From assembly GCA_002633005.1 (NCBI GenBank), contig NMRA01000838.1, forward strand, positions 1-64,000: 64,000 nt of DNA, given 5' to 3'. Positions 51,376 through 64,000 of this stretch are shown here, piece after piece. Numbering within the stretch: the first letter of the stretch is position 1; each line of letters begins with the position of its first letter. Below the pieces are notes generated by a model. The model worked only from the letters and a program-made list of their open reading frames with translations. It made no database searches and was not told the DNA's origin. A program made the translations under genes and the position numbers. This DNA is from Phoronis australis (lineage: Eukaryota > Animalia > Phoronida).

Positions 51376-52081
51376 AATTAAGCAGGATGCGAAATTCCTG
51401 TCATAAGCGCGGAAAAGTGTTATTTTCATTTGTTAGCAAGTGAGAATAACGCAGATAGCATGAAGATGATGAATCCATCTCCATCAAAGAAATGTGTGTG
51501 GAATGAGCGGGGATGAAGGAGGTTATAAACTTCTCTGCGTCTACATACGGCGCCACCTACGCTAACGAAGAAGGCTTAGTCGTCACCAAGGCCTTCGAAA
51601 ACTTGTGACGATTTTTAAGGTATATCCTCGGTAGCCTTGGTACAAAGCTGTATACTAAATATGCACCGATGTAGGTAAAACAGTGGTAAGATAACATCTG
51701 ACACAAATTTAGTGTCATTAAAAACTACAGTCTTCCTTGAGTAAACTAAATTATTTAACGGTGTGGCCAGTTTATTTTCAGCCAATTTTTCAATGAACTG
51801 TTGTTCTTTCACGAGGTTGCATACAGGTCATAACAAATTATCGGAGCTGATTTCACTTCATTATAAGTTTTTTAGAATTTTGATACCGAAAAACCGAATT
51901 TCAGAAGAAATTTTGCTGCTGCCAAGCTGTCATCATTTCCGGAGAGATGTCACAAAAATTTAGCAAATGGCGGGTGCGCGTGACAGGAGCGTACTGTTTT
52001 AAAAACGACGGCATACTTTTCATTGTTAACTAACGTAGAAAATAAATCTGAAACTAAATAAGGAGATCCAGATCCTCCCAA

Positions 52082-55000
52082 TAGTCTAGACGAATTTCTG
52101 GAAAAAGTGCATGTTAGAGGCATTTTTTAGTAAAAGTGGAGAACCTATCTTTTTAGCATAATTATGGTGTGCTGATTTTGATTATGCCTGTTCCCAAGAT
52201 GGATTTTGAGTTTTTGACCATCTAATTTGCATAAACAAAATGGCCGCCAAACCAACAAAATAAGAAACATTCGTGGGACCAGGAGTACAATATGTGACGA
52301 ATAATTAAGAAATTTTTGCTACAAAAACATAGTATAAATGTGTTTAGATCACTTAAATTTAAGAGCATATTAATGAACATCATTAAATTCCCCAATTGTG
52401 CTAATTAGCTTCCGCCATTACCGAAAAATTCAAATTTCGGTGTAACTGTATCAATTTGCAGGCAAATATGACAAATGAAGTGTCTATACCTATGTTTTGA
52501 AGGTCTAGAAAAATCATTATGACACATGTGAACCTTTTTATTTCTTCTTCATTAAGTTACAATTTATGCTCATTAATAAAGCCTTAAAATTAAATTTGAA
52601 ATCATAATTATCAATGCTTTTTTGCGAACATCTCATTATTTAGATAAGACATAAAAGTATTGTGAACATAGCAACATGACTTTTAAATACTGTTGTAAAG
52701 AGATGCATGGCCATGTCGTCCCATTTTGGACAGGAACATACCATCCTCACAGTCGACCAAGAACTCTGCTGCAGATTAATGGAGCTTACGTGGTCGGTCC
52801 CAGAATACCAAAATATATTAATATAGTACCTCTTTTAGTGGTTCTTCACGTATCAATGAATTTTATCAAGGCCATAGAAGATCACATGAATGATTCCGGA
52901 ATAGCCGAGGTGTGCATAGAGAGTGCAGTACTTGGTCAAGGCCTATGGAACTGGTCCTCAGTGGAAAGTCGTACAGCAAAGCTACAGTATGAGGGCACAC
53001 AAACTGTCTTTGTAAGCTCTGTAGCATCTCCTGCATGTGCCAAGCCTTCTCTCGTTTATTGCAGAAGTGACTGTCATGCTTGTATTACCAGTATGTCTGC
53101 AGATGATGATCCACAGAAAATTCCGTAGTTGATAACATTTCTCAATTAGGATAAGTTCAGGAAACTCCTGGGCATTTTGTCAACAATAGTTCTGATGACG
53201 TGAATTTCAGCTTCTGGTGGAGTCACATGTACATGGTTCCTATATTGTTAAAGTACACATGCTCTCAACGGGATGGTATTTTGGAACTGCATCTTTATTC
53301 ATTTACTCTCATGCTGCCCCACCGAATTATGCCCGAGTGGGGTGCGGTCTTTTTATCCGAGATGCGTCAGCTTCCACAGTCTGTTTGGTAAGAGTTTCAA
53401 GCAGGAAATTTTGTAGTCAAGTAATCTCCTCATATGTTCTGTCAGCTATATTCTGACCAGCGGGTAAATGGGGCAGGCAAAACGGAGGTGGCATCATCGG
53501 TAATACCAAAACCTCGTCAGCTCTATGGAGGTGGACACTCTCATTTAATCTGAAATCTCATATAGCTGAACAAACTTACTGCTGTGGGAGTACATATTTT
53601 CATAACGAAGCCACGTGGCAGCTTTCGAGAGTTCCCTTCTTTACGCATTCCATGGATTGAAGGTCTTCTCGTCCGCAAGGCCTTAGCTGCTACAAAGTCT
53701 TGCAACAAAAGACCTAGCAACAGCACTAATCCAAGAGTCACTTTTGCATGCCAAGGAACTTGGTCAGGAACATATTAAGAAATTTGTTCGAGACCAATTA
53801 TCACTGAGCAATGCGATAATTCAGACATGTCAATTCACGCACCTATGCGCAAAAATAATGCCCCAACATTTGCCAACTTATATGATTTTGGTGAAACAAA
53901 CCAAAGACAAAGACAAGAAAGTAGTTCTTAAGGCAGATAGGGATGTACTTTGCTGCCTTCGGCTTATGAGGCCAGTTGATTTGCCATCTGTGCTCAAACA
54001 CGAGCTTCTTCCAGTCCATGTTTTCTTACAGAAACGAGTGGCACATTGCGCACTGGAGATAAGTCTTGACTTGCCGAAGTATTAATAGTTAACACATTGA
54101 CTGTCCTGAAGCAATTCAACTTCATGACACGCCCGCTTGCCTCATTATTGATGGCGAAGCTTTGCTGGTAGCTCTTGGGAAGCCTGATGGTGATGTGACT
54201 TTCGAGAACCTGGTTAATTCATTCATGAAAACAGTGCTAAACACAGGTTTCGATATCATAAATTGACATTGTAATTGACAGATACAGTCATGAAACTATG
54301 AAGGTCACAACAGGAAAACAGCACAGTAAAGGAACACAGCAAATCAGGTGATCATTTTTGGAAGGCCATGGTCTACCTCTTCCTCAAAACTGGTCAAATT
54401 TTCGGGCACTGGCTGAGAATAAAGCAGATCTAGCACATTTCTTGTCAGAGAAACTGTGTTTGTAGACACCTGAAGATAATAGGTTATGGTTGCAGGAGGG
54501 TTCAAAAATGAGATGGAAGTAAATTAAATCATCTAAGGATGTAACTGATTTGAGGACTCTGAAATCCACACATGAAGAAACAGATGCAAGATTGGTACTG
54601 CATGCTGTCCACAGGCCGTCGTGTTTTCCAGGGACACCCGATGTTCTACTGCTTCTGGTATCGCCCTTCCAACAAATGCAATGTGAGCATATCTGTATGA
54701 TGTAAGGCACATCAAAGAAATGACGATATATGCATATTGAAGCACTTTTCAACAAACTACCACGAGACTCAGCAACATCCTTGTTTGCTTTTCATGCCGT
54801 AACCGGGTTTGGCACCAACTCGTACTTTGCCAATCACATGAAACAATCATCATGGAAGGTGTTCCTAGAGCATCACAGACTGCTTAAGAACCCCTGCATT
54901 GGTGAACTCACTGAGCAAATTACGATGGCTTCAGAAGTATTTGTCTGCAGAATATACAACACGACCAGAACAGACCTGTAGATGTAGCACGCCATTTACT

Positions 55001-56090
55001 ATTCTCCAAGCCCGTGAACGCAGAAGTCCTTCCCCCAACGCATAATGCCCGTTGTTTCCATCTGATGAGAGTGCACTATCAGGTCAAGGTATGGCAAAAT
55101 GATAATTGTTCCATACCTGAGCTCCCAGCACCCTCTGATATGGGAGGGACACAAAAACTTATGCTTGCACCCCTTACTGATGACACAGAGTTCTATCCCA
55201 GACAGCTGCCTAGAGATGGTATTGTGTGCATGCCAGAAACAACGCAGCAGTAGATAATGCAGATGCAAGAAATCTGGATTTCGATGCATATCATTATGCA
55301 CATGCCAGCAGTACATTCATGATCAGATTCCTTGTATGCAAACAGTTTGATTTGCCTGGCTTCAGGCATGTTAAAAAGTACCAAAAAGTGAATGCTAAAA
55401 CTGTGTTCAGCAGGCCTGAAAACTATTCATGAAACTGAGAATCTAATGTTTTCAATAACAATAACTCTATTGATTTTTTATGAATGGAAGATAACGGTAT
55501 AGTGCGAACATTTGTCCTATATTCCATCAAAATAGTGACACCTTGCTTGACGAGCATTGCAGATTAAAGACTATTTTTTCCACATTCTGTAAGTATACAT
55601 CTATAACTCAATAAATATGAAATCAATTGCTCCAAAAATGTCTTTAGTGTTTTTGTTGACCATGATAATATAAGTATAAACACCTCATTTTTCAAGTTAG
55701 CCTGCAGGAACACAAACTTGTGACGCAAATTACATTGTATGGTAAGTGCGGCACCTAATTTGCATAATTAGTTTTCAGAGTTGCATTTTTTAGTTTTCAT
55801 AAGTGATGTATTGCTCAAGAAGTATTTATAAGAAGTGTACAGGTGAGACATTTCATCATTTTAAATGGTATATGGCGATTTCTATTACAAAAATACATCT
55901 GAACTTGACAGTTTGGCCGCCATTTTGTTTATGCAAATTAGATGGTCAAAAATGCAAAATTCGGCTTGGGAACAGGGTTAGTTGAATTCGCCATACCTTG
56001 ATTGTGTGAAAAAGTCTTGTTCCCAACTTTTACTAAAAAATGCTTCTAGAACCTTATACAGGGCTCTTTTCAGGAAATGCGTCTAGACTA
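52082..56090 (+). mobile_element. degenerate AcademX DNA transposon (4009 bp) with long TIRs and 3-bp TSD
   Basis: CAA|TAGTCTAGACG ... CGTCTAGACTA|CAA. TIR similarity is clear for ~170 bp and still detectable at ~400-450 bp. The interior holds a broken ORF with XPG/FEN1-like and Cys-cluster motifs. Confidence 0.88.
52676..55310 (+). pseudogene. Academ transposase-XPG nuclease-Cys finger pseudogene (many stops and frameshifts)
   Basis: LHVSMNFIKAIEDHMNDSG, FWWSHMYMV..RDG..ELHL, NYAR, NKADLAHFL, THEETDARLVLHA, RDTDVLLLLV, FHAVTGFGTNSYF, LPPT...HLMRVHYQ, CACQ...CRC...CISLCTC. Confidence 0.85.
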
Positions 56091-56122
56091 CAAGGATACT
56101 ATAGTTTCACGAAATGTAGAAT

Positions 56123-56266
56123 CAATGAAAAATATAAATAGGTAAATAAAACAACAAGAATGGATCAACTGAAATTTTTCGGATGTAATAACGTCCTTTG
56201 TCAACAGAAACAGAAATCAGTTGATCCATTCTTGTTGTTTTATTTACCTATTTATATTTTTCATTG
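56123..56266. repeat. perfect 50-bp inverted repeat with 44-bp spacer
   Basis: 56123-56172 is the exact reverse complement of 56217-56266. Confidence 0.95.
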
Positions 56267-57672
56267 TTAGAAATTGCGGAGAGTTACGCAAGAAAATGAC
56301 GTATATTGCATTGTTTTTCACTTAAACGGCTGTAACGGGCAAGGCGAATGTCGGTTGATTCCCAGTTTTTGCATGAACCCCGTCCGGTCTTTAGCTTTAC
56401 ATGTTGATAAAGGATACAAATTTCACGACAAGGTGACAAGCAGAACTACCCTGGCTGTATGCACTTTCGGGGTCAACCGAAGAAATACACACAGTAGTAC
56501 CTAGCTGTATTTTGATGACAGTCTTCATACAGCTAGCTGGCTGGCTATATCCTTGGATGCATGTTGACTGATAATCAAACCTTTACAACCTTTGAAGTGT
56601 AACTGAAAAGTGACTTTGTATTCTTTATCAAAAATGTGCTGTGGAGTATCTTTTGTCGGATTTTCATTGTCCGAACACTTGTAAAACTCATGAAAAGGCT
56701 ATTGCATTTCTAGAATTACGGTTTGGAGCTAGATTATCCTTCGATCATATACACCTGACTAATGTTCAGGGTATGGATTTCAAAATGTAGGCACAAGGAT
56801 CGAAAAGGAAAAAAGCACGCGGTAGAGCGGCAGCGGGATAGTGCCACGAAATTGCGAAGATGGGCACATGATCAGGGACTTCCGTATAATTCAATCTAAT
56901 GGAAACGAAACTGTGTGGCAAGAGCTTTTGTGCGTGATAAGAGTTTTTGCGGTGCGTGATAAAGGTGCGCACACATAGGAAAATTTAGTTTCCACCAACT
57001 AATTATTATGACAGACATAACTGAGTAAATTACAGCCATGTTTATTGCACCCCCCCCCCCTCCCCCAACGAACAAGAGCTTATTTCCATTGGCAAGTGAA
57101 AGATGAATGCGTTCAACTCTATTTATTGCGTCTCTCCTGCTCCACCTCTCGTCTGCAAATTCTGGTTAATTCCAGGGTTCTTATAAAGTCACGCAGCGAA
57201 GCTTCTTTTCAGTTTTACGTGCTGTCAGCACTTCCATACTATCAACTGTGTCAATTCTTATATCAAAGAAGAAAAGATAGGGAACAGTAGGTCCGTCCTG
57301 AATTACACGGCGATAGAACTCTGGTTTGTCCCGAAGATAAGAACGTTTTGAAAATCTGGCAGGATTTCGTGTCTCTCACTGATGTCGGGAAGTCGAAGAA
57401 TTTTACATCATGTATCCACTAGTATTTGTCCAGTTTATCAAACTTTCTCACGTCGGAGTTGCAGCTCACAGCACAGCAGTAATACTTCATTTGCATTGGA
57501 GGGGCGTATAGAATAATGCAACCGAGAAAAAAATAACAATCAGACAACAACAAATAACATGTGAAACTCCAATGGCGCGAAAACGAGACAGCAAATGTGC
57601 CCGACGGATGTTTACGGCATTGTGGGTAAATACCTCGAGATTCAAGTGTTGCTGTGTAATCCGGGCGTGCAT

Positions 57673-57805
57673 TCAGTAACGCTAGGACTACGCTAGGACC
57701 TAGCTAAAATCTAGCCAAAGGCGCGTGATCTCATTTAAAATACACAGCAATTTCCCACGTAATCTCGCGAAGTCTTGCTTTTTGGCGAGGTCCTAGGCTT
57801 ACTGA
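57673..57805. mobile_element. MITE, same family as 23433-23568
   Basis: TCAGTAA...TTACTGA termini and a shared internal sequence. Confidence 0.65.
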
Positions 57806-58339
57806 GCGGGAGGCTGGACTGCCCTACCGGAGGCTTTCGTTACACCCTAACAAGTGAAATCGTGGGTACTGGTTGCAGCCATGCTAAGTGATCGAACTTG
57901 ATGAAAACTTATGACGTTAATCTCATCTGATAATAAAGCCACTTGTCAAACAGCACTGCAGAAATTGTTTGCCACGACCGAGTTGGTTTCGACATTCGGT
58001 TCGAATCGCCAAATTTAAACCTCCGATTGAATAGGAGTCTGTATAAATTCTCCGGATGTTTTAATTGGCAACAGAAATACTGCTCTATCATGGCATCAAA
58101 GAATTTGGGATCGGTTTTGCAAGGAGTTAGTCTTTTTTTCTTTTTCAACAACTAAGCTGAAACTTAGTAATTCAGTTTTAACTGGATAATTTCCTAACCT
58201 TGTTCTATGATTTTATTACGTACTCGGTAACATCCCGTTTTCCATTAATAACAGCCATCCGTTACCCCAGGACGTTTAACAAAAACTAATCCGTTGTAAA
58301 TCGTCGTTATTTAACGCTTACCTCTTTATCGATCTAAAT

Positions 58340-59413
58340 TCATTTGTTAATTTGCAACTGTTTTCTCCTTGAAAGATTTGGCGTGGAGTCAGGTGACTTC
58401 ATGACCTTTCCGTTAATTTCTATTGTATCTGAGAAATGAACGCGGTTCGTTTTAGCCTTAACTTCCTTGTCATCATTTTCATCTTGCAGAAGACCGTCTG
58501 CTTTGTTGTTTTCGGACTTTTCACCTAACCCCTTATCATCATCCTCGTCCTCATCGTCTAAATTTTCTAAAATTTTTTGGAATTCATCAGATCCTTCAGG
58601 GACTATTTTCATCGTTACTTTTCTGTCCAACTGGGGACTGTATGTTTTAATGCAGAAGTCGATATATTGTCTTACGCCATCTTGTTTCAGATGGTCTGCT
58701 TCATTCAGGTTCCCCAGTAAAGCTTTCTTTGGCACACTTTGAGCAGATTCTTCAAATGGCTGCAAAAATGCCCGAGGGGACCTAGGACTTACGGACGGAG
58801 AACGCGACACGTTACCTCCACCTATGGGTGGTAAGTGCATGGATAAGGAATCGGAAGGAAATCTCCGTCGACCAATGCGGGGAGATAACAATGCACTATT
58901 CGGCCGCCCTCTACCCACTGTTTCATTATAATGCAAAGGGCTAAGCCGTGGTCGAAACGTCAAGTCAAGGTCGTCTCTGCTTCCTCGTCGAGGTCTGTGG
59001 TTTATGGGGAATTTAACCATGCCCGAGAAACTATCCACGAAACCGGATTTCTCAGCTGCATGCTTACTTGTTGGTTCCACCCTTAATCGCTCTCGTGGAG
59101 AGCGTTCTTTGGATCCATCTGTTTTTCCATCATTCTTCTCGTTTTTTCTTCTCGGAGAGACATTGGACACATTTCTAGGTTGAAGTCTTGGAGTCGCAAT
59201 GTGCTTCACACTGTCATAGCGGCTTGCGTCATTCACCAGCGTGTGATCAACATTATCGACACCAGGGAATCGGTCACAGCTGTTCGCCTTCTTTAATAGT
59301 TTTTTGTGCGGACGTTGACAGATGGACAGGGGAGACGAAAAGAACCTCCCACCGTTTTTTGGGTGTCTGTCATTTCCTCCGCCATCGTCTTCGATCTTTT
59401 TTACTTGGGCCAT
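58340..59413 (-). CDS. uncharacterised, largely disordered Ser/Pro/Arg-rich protein (357 aa) with acidic tract and RVxF motif
   Basis: 1074-bp ORF in AT-rich DNA with protein-like composition. A splice acceptor (GATTTTTAG) at 59460-59459 lies 45 nt upstream in frame, and a candidate upstream donor is at 59792. No recognisable domain. Confidence 0.72.
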   Translation of the reverse strand: MAQVKKIEDDGGGNDRHPKNGGRFFSSPLSICQRPHKKLLKKANSCDRFPGVDNVDHTLVNDASRYDSVKHIATPRLQPRNVSNVSPRRKNEKNDGKTDGSKERSPRERLRVEPTSKHAAEKSGFVDSFSGMVKFPINHRPRRGSRDDLDLTFRPRLSPLHYNETVGRGRPNSALLSPRIGRRRFPSDSLSMHLPPIGGGNVSRSPSVSPRSPRAFLQPFEESAQSVPKKALLGNLNEADHLKQDGVRQYIDFCIKTYSPQLDRKVTMKIVPEGSDEFQKILENLDDEDEDDDKGLGEKSENNKADGLLQDENDDKEVKAKTNRVHFSDTIEINGKVMKSPDSTPNLSRRKQLQINK

Positions 59414-62400
59414 TGAACTCCCTGTGTTCGGATCTTTCTTCGCATTGGCAATATCCTCCTAAAAATCAAAACAGTGACGATTACTCAGCAAGCTGATCAT
59501 TCAAAATTAACACGTTTATGGTCATTATCTTAGGTGCACTCCACAGCTATAAGAAAATCAAGTCCAGCTGTGAGAATTTGTCATGAGATGGACACTACAT
59601 CCGCTTTGACGACACCTGGAGATGTTTTCCCAATTAAAACTGAGGAAATTAGGCTGGGCTTGTGACTATTGATCTCTCGAATGCCATACGTCAAATATGT
59701 CTGCATCACAAACAGTAATGTGACACATTATAGTAATTTGTGATATCTCGAAATGAGCACCTTGCTGGAGACGATGTTCCGTCTTAACTTACCTTTGGTA
59801 AGGCCCTGGGTTCGCCACCATCGATGATAAGAATAATATTAGTTTTCAATCATTTCCTAAAATGACGTTTAATTTCTTGCTAGTAGCGGCGAAGGGAGGC
59901 ATGATACCGTGGACACGACGCAAATTACAGGTATAAATTATACACTAAGACGTAGGTCAATCATTAAACAACATTGATCGAGTGACTACTTTTCCAATTG
60001 ATTTCGTAGTACGTAGTTGAATCACATATGTACTTGGCAAAACACTACTGAGAGATAAAGGTAGCGTGTGTCGGTATTTGAAAGTTTTTTTATAGACATA
60101 GATACAGGTATAACAAAATACGCAAGGGCTGAATTACTGAACATTGTTTTTTGTCACGTGGTGTTTGAAGATGCATGCGCAACCATTTAGAGTAGTCAAA
60201 TCAATGGGTCGTGGTTTAAAACAGGAAAACATCGCTTGTTGGTGTTCACCGATATGACGTCACCACGCCGTGTACTGCCACTCCTGACATCACTGCACTA
60301 ATTAATGTTAAAGGGCAGTTACTTCTCAGACTACATAGGAACTTCATAATAATTCACCAAAAAAAACTTGATTCATATCACTCATTTCCATGATTCTATG
60401 TTAATGCTATGATGCTATAAACGGTTAACAGGAATTCCTACTAAACTACTGGATATAATTTTCAATGCAAGGTTTTTCGTCATTTGTGAATGATAGGTTG
60501 ACTATTCATCATCAGCCTGATAAGAATTCAAATTGACCGAAAAAGGGGTGTACGCATCGGATAAAATGCTCATTACAAATCACAAAAACTGTGTTTCTAA
60601 TATCCCCATACCACGATAAATATTTATTGTATACAGGAAGAATGTCAAAAGGCCATCGGAGTTTGACAAGGGTTGCCTAACTTCTTATCAGTCGCACGTG
60701 CGCTATCCATGTTAATACGTGTAAAATCAAATGCTATCATGGCGAGGAAATTTTAAGACCATTTTTTGCAATTAATCGGTTTATTTCATGATGTCTATGC
60801 TTGGGCTTTAAGAAGGAAGGAAATGACATAGATTCGGGATGTGTTCTTCATTGTCACCATTCTGCATTGTAGTGTTCTAGGCGCGCCCATCATGGATATC
60901 CTAAATCAATGAGGCAAAGAAAAACGCAGGATCCATGTTTAATAGCAGGCCGAATAAACAAGAGGTCAAAGTCCGCGTGTATGTACTGGCTTAAAGTTGT
61001 AGTTGAGAGCAGTGCAAACATTGTTTTGTTTAACTTCGATTTCCTTATGGCACTAATAGTTATTGATCCTAAAACCACTATTCAGGGCTATTTTCTGTAT
61101 GAAAAATATTAAACGTTCAGGAGATAGTATACAGAGCATTAATTTGCTTATTATTTCATGTGTTATTCTACAGAATTATGAGCTGGCGGAATTTATCCGA
61201 GTACTAACTTTCGTGCGCGTGAAATCACTGTGGTTACTGCACTAATATCAAACTCATTTCGAGAAAAACAGGTACTATTCCTGTCAACTTATAACAACGT
61301 TCTATATATGCAGGAACATTCCAAACGCGTGTGCACGTGCGCATATCCGTATGCACATGCACATTTTGCAAAATGATTACTAGGGTTGCAAAGAACTGAC
61401 ATAGCGCTTGTCTGTGTGACCATGTGCACGGCCCATAAAATGGCACTCGGTGACAAGCCATAAAGAACCGTCAGTTCCCTCGAAACCATGCTGAAATCAT
61501 TTCCCATTTGACTAGGGAAACGTTTCAGATCAATTTCATAACAGTAACTGATCTAAATCGAAATATGATGTTTATGACTGAAAGCGGGTTTAGTGCATCT
61601 TTAAACAAAAACCCACAAAGCCTTCCAGCCACTTTTAGAGCTAATTGTTTCTTTGTTGTTTTCAGTGGCCTTTACTCGTGCTTTGTTAAAAAATTGTAAG
61701 CGTAAGCCAATTGCAGCTCAAGCGTTTTCGATGCTTTCTAAGTTAGACATCGAACCGTTCCCATAGTGGTCATTAAAATAAGTATCTGACCATTCACGGG
61801 CCCGTTTGAATTACTATCAAGCTCAAGATATTTGATAACCGTTTTTGCAAAACGCATGGTCCAACTTTGTCTGATCCATTGATTGATTTCGATGACGTCA
61901 ACGTTCAACATCTTAGCAAGACTAATGAGCGGACTCAAACGTCATTAACTACCTGAACACACTATCAACAAAACAAGTCTGATGGGTTCTTATTAATTAA
62001 CCTTTTTATTACTTGCACTGCAACAGGTGACGCTGGTGGAGGATAGTGCTGCTTCGTGTTAATCACTTCACATGCACGCATCCAATCTTAAATGAGGTGG
62101 TGTCAAATGAGAAATGCGAAATAAAATGCATAGGAGCGTTTGAACACAAAATAAAGACAATACGATTGTAGTTGTTTTTAGTCTACATTCAAATGTTTTA
62201 ATCGTATCTCCACCGTCCATTTGATACAGGTTTATAGAAATCAAGCTATTAATGACAACTGAGTTTACTGAAACGAGATAATTCTAAACAATTTGACAGT
62301 TTTGCGGCAAAAAGTCCCTCTTCATGAGTCTTTATGACTAGAGATTGACAGTCCTCACGAAGACGAATCTTGTCGCTAAGTTAAAACTTAAAAGGGTTGA

Positions 62401-64000
62401 TTAAATTAGCTTCTTCATTCAGAACTAGTTTTCTTTGAATGCCCTTCTCCCCTCCAGGTCATTATAAACTCCAATAATGAGTTCACTCAAGCGGATATAA
62501 ATTTCCTAGACCCCGGTCAGCTTCTCAGCACGTTCTACTTTTTCATAATGAGCAATGTCGACTACCAACCAATGTGTATTAAGACAACTTACAGGTGATC
62601 TTCACGCTGTGTCGACAATTCGTCAACACCGACAATTTTACTCATCTCATTCGTGACGTGCACGTGCACTCCCATTCCGTTCCACTGTTACTCACCAGCG
62701 CTCTCATGCCCGCCATCCATGCCGTGTCAGGAAGTTTTCAGTTGTCATACCTTAGTCCAATGTAGGCTGTACGAAATCCCAGCCATTATTAACTAATCGT
62801 CTGCCTAAGCCATCCTGTCTGGTTTTAACAAATCAATTGAACCCGATTGACGCCGGATATTTACAGCTCCCTTCTAAAACAATCCATCAACTCACTTTAG
62901 CCATTTTTTACTGTTTAGCGATAACATGGCATACAATAGTGTTGAATTGGTATTTGCTGCGATTACAATAATTTGTTGACGAGGTTGAGCTCATACAAAA
63001 TGCCTTTATAAAGCCTTGTTGATAACTAGTCAAACAAACACTTACCAACAGAGGAATTTTATTCAGCACCTCTTTTCATACATTTGTTCCCGATCAGTGA
63101 AACGGCAGTTATCAAAGAACCTAATAGGCGTACAATTTACGTCTTTCAAAACGCATATACGCATGAAACCCAAACTCGGGTTTACGTAAGCCAAATCTTC
63201 AAAATTTGCTGATCAGATTTAAGGAGCCGTCTGTAAATAAACACTGTTCGTTCTGTAAATATGCCACCTCAGTTTTGGCAAACAGACACGATGGTAATAT
63301 ATAAAGAATATCTTGCCAGTGTAAACAGGGTATAATGCAGACAACGGCTCATCTGAAACAGTCTCCCAGGTGTTGTTTGGGGTGTGTAAAATGACCTACG
63401 GTCAAGCACCCCGCTGTTATCCAGCTGACAGCTTGTTGTGCGACATATAGACCCCGTTCATAGATTCGTCCGTTTTTGTTTTGTTTCGTTTTGTTTTTTG
63501 TATAGGCTACGACTGCGCGTACGACGCGAGAATTCGAATCGGACCACGCTCATTCGATGCAATATTTCGTCACGCGACGTAATTATGTACATGTAGGCCT
63601 AATGTACACGACAACGTCACACGGAAATGGACGAACTTATTATCGAACGAGCTTGAATTGGAGCACTTGACTCTACAGTCTTGTTCATAGCAAAAAATGA
63701 GTATGTAAAACAGAGTTTTCATTTTGAGTAAGGCTAAATGATTAATGTCCATGACATTGAAAATTGAATGCAGGGTTACACAACGAGAATGTCCTCCATT
63801 CTCGAAGATTTTTGTTTATGTGCGCTTGGCTATATTAAAAACTAGTCAATCTGAGATTTTCTTAAAATTTTCGTTTAGTTCAGTCATACGAAGGAAGATA
63901 ATTTTCATTAATTTTCCAAAATTACTATGGCTGCATAAACACAAAGCATTTCTTTTAAGTACAAAACAAATTTAAAATCAAACAGGTGACTTAAAGCGTT

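Noticed and set aside
60000-64000. Short ORFs in the last 4 kb
   Set aside because: All under 80 aa with no motifs; probably intronic or upstream sequence of the minus-strand gene

Overview
AT-rich animal (probably marine invertebrate) genomic DNA from a draft assembly, with one 756-N gap and three single-N joins. Three protein-coding loci are supported. The first is a two-exon aldo-keto reductase (+, 2478-4132). The second is a six-exon sacsin-like gene (+, 26500-46780, ~3247 aa as assembled) with only two Hsp90-like ATPase repeats; its C-terminal J-domain region appears to survive only as a decayed remnant after the stop. It carries a 1146-bp internal duplicate across a single N, and the two copies differ mostly by amino-acid-changing substitutions. 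The third is a disordered orphan ORF (-, 58340-59413) with an RVxF PP1-docking-type motif. The rest is transposon- and repeat-rich: a 9.4-kb head-to-tail array of a ~1.2-kb Helentron/HINE-like unit plus a dispersed copy, a degenerate AcademX element with both TIRs and a 3-bp TSD, a TTAA-flanked Kolobok-like element, a Gypsy integrase/3' LTR fragment, several MITEs, and mini- and microsatellites. All alignments and counts were made by eye, and family assignments come from recalled family features, not database searches.
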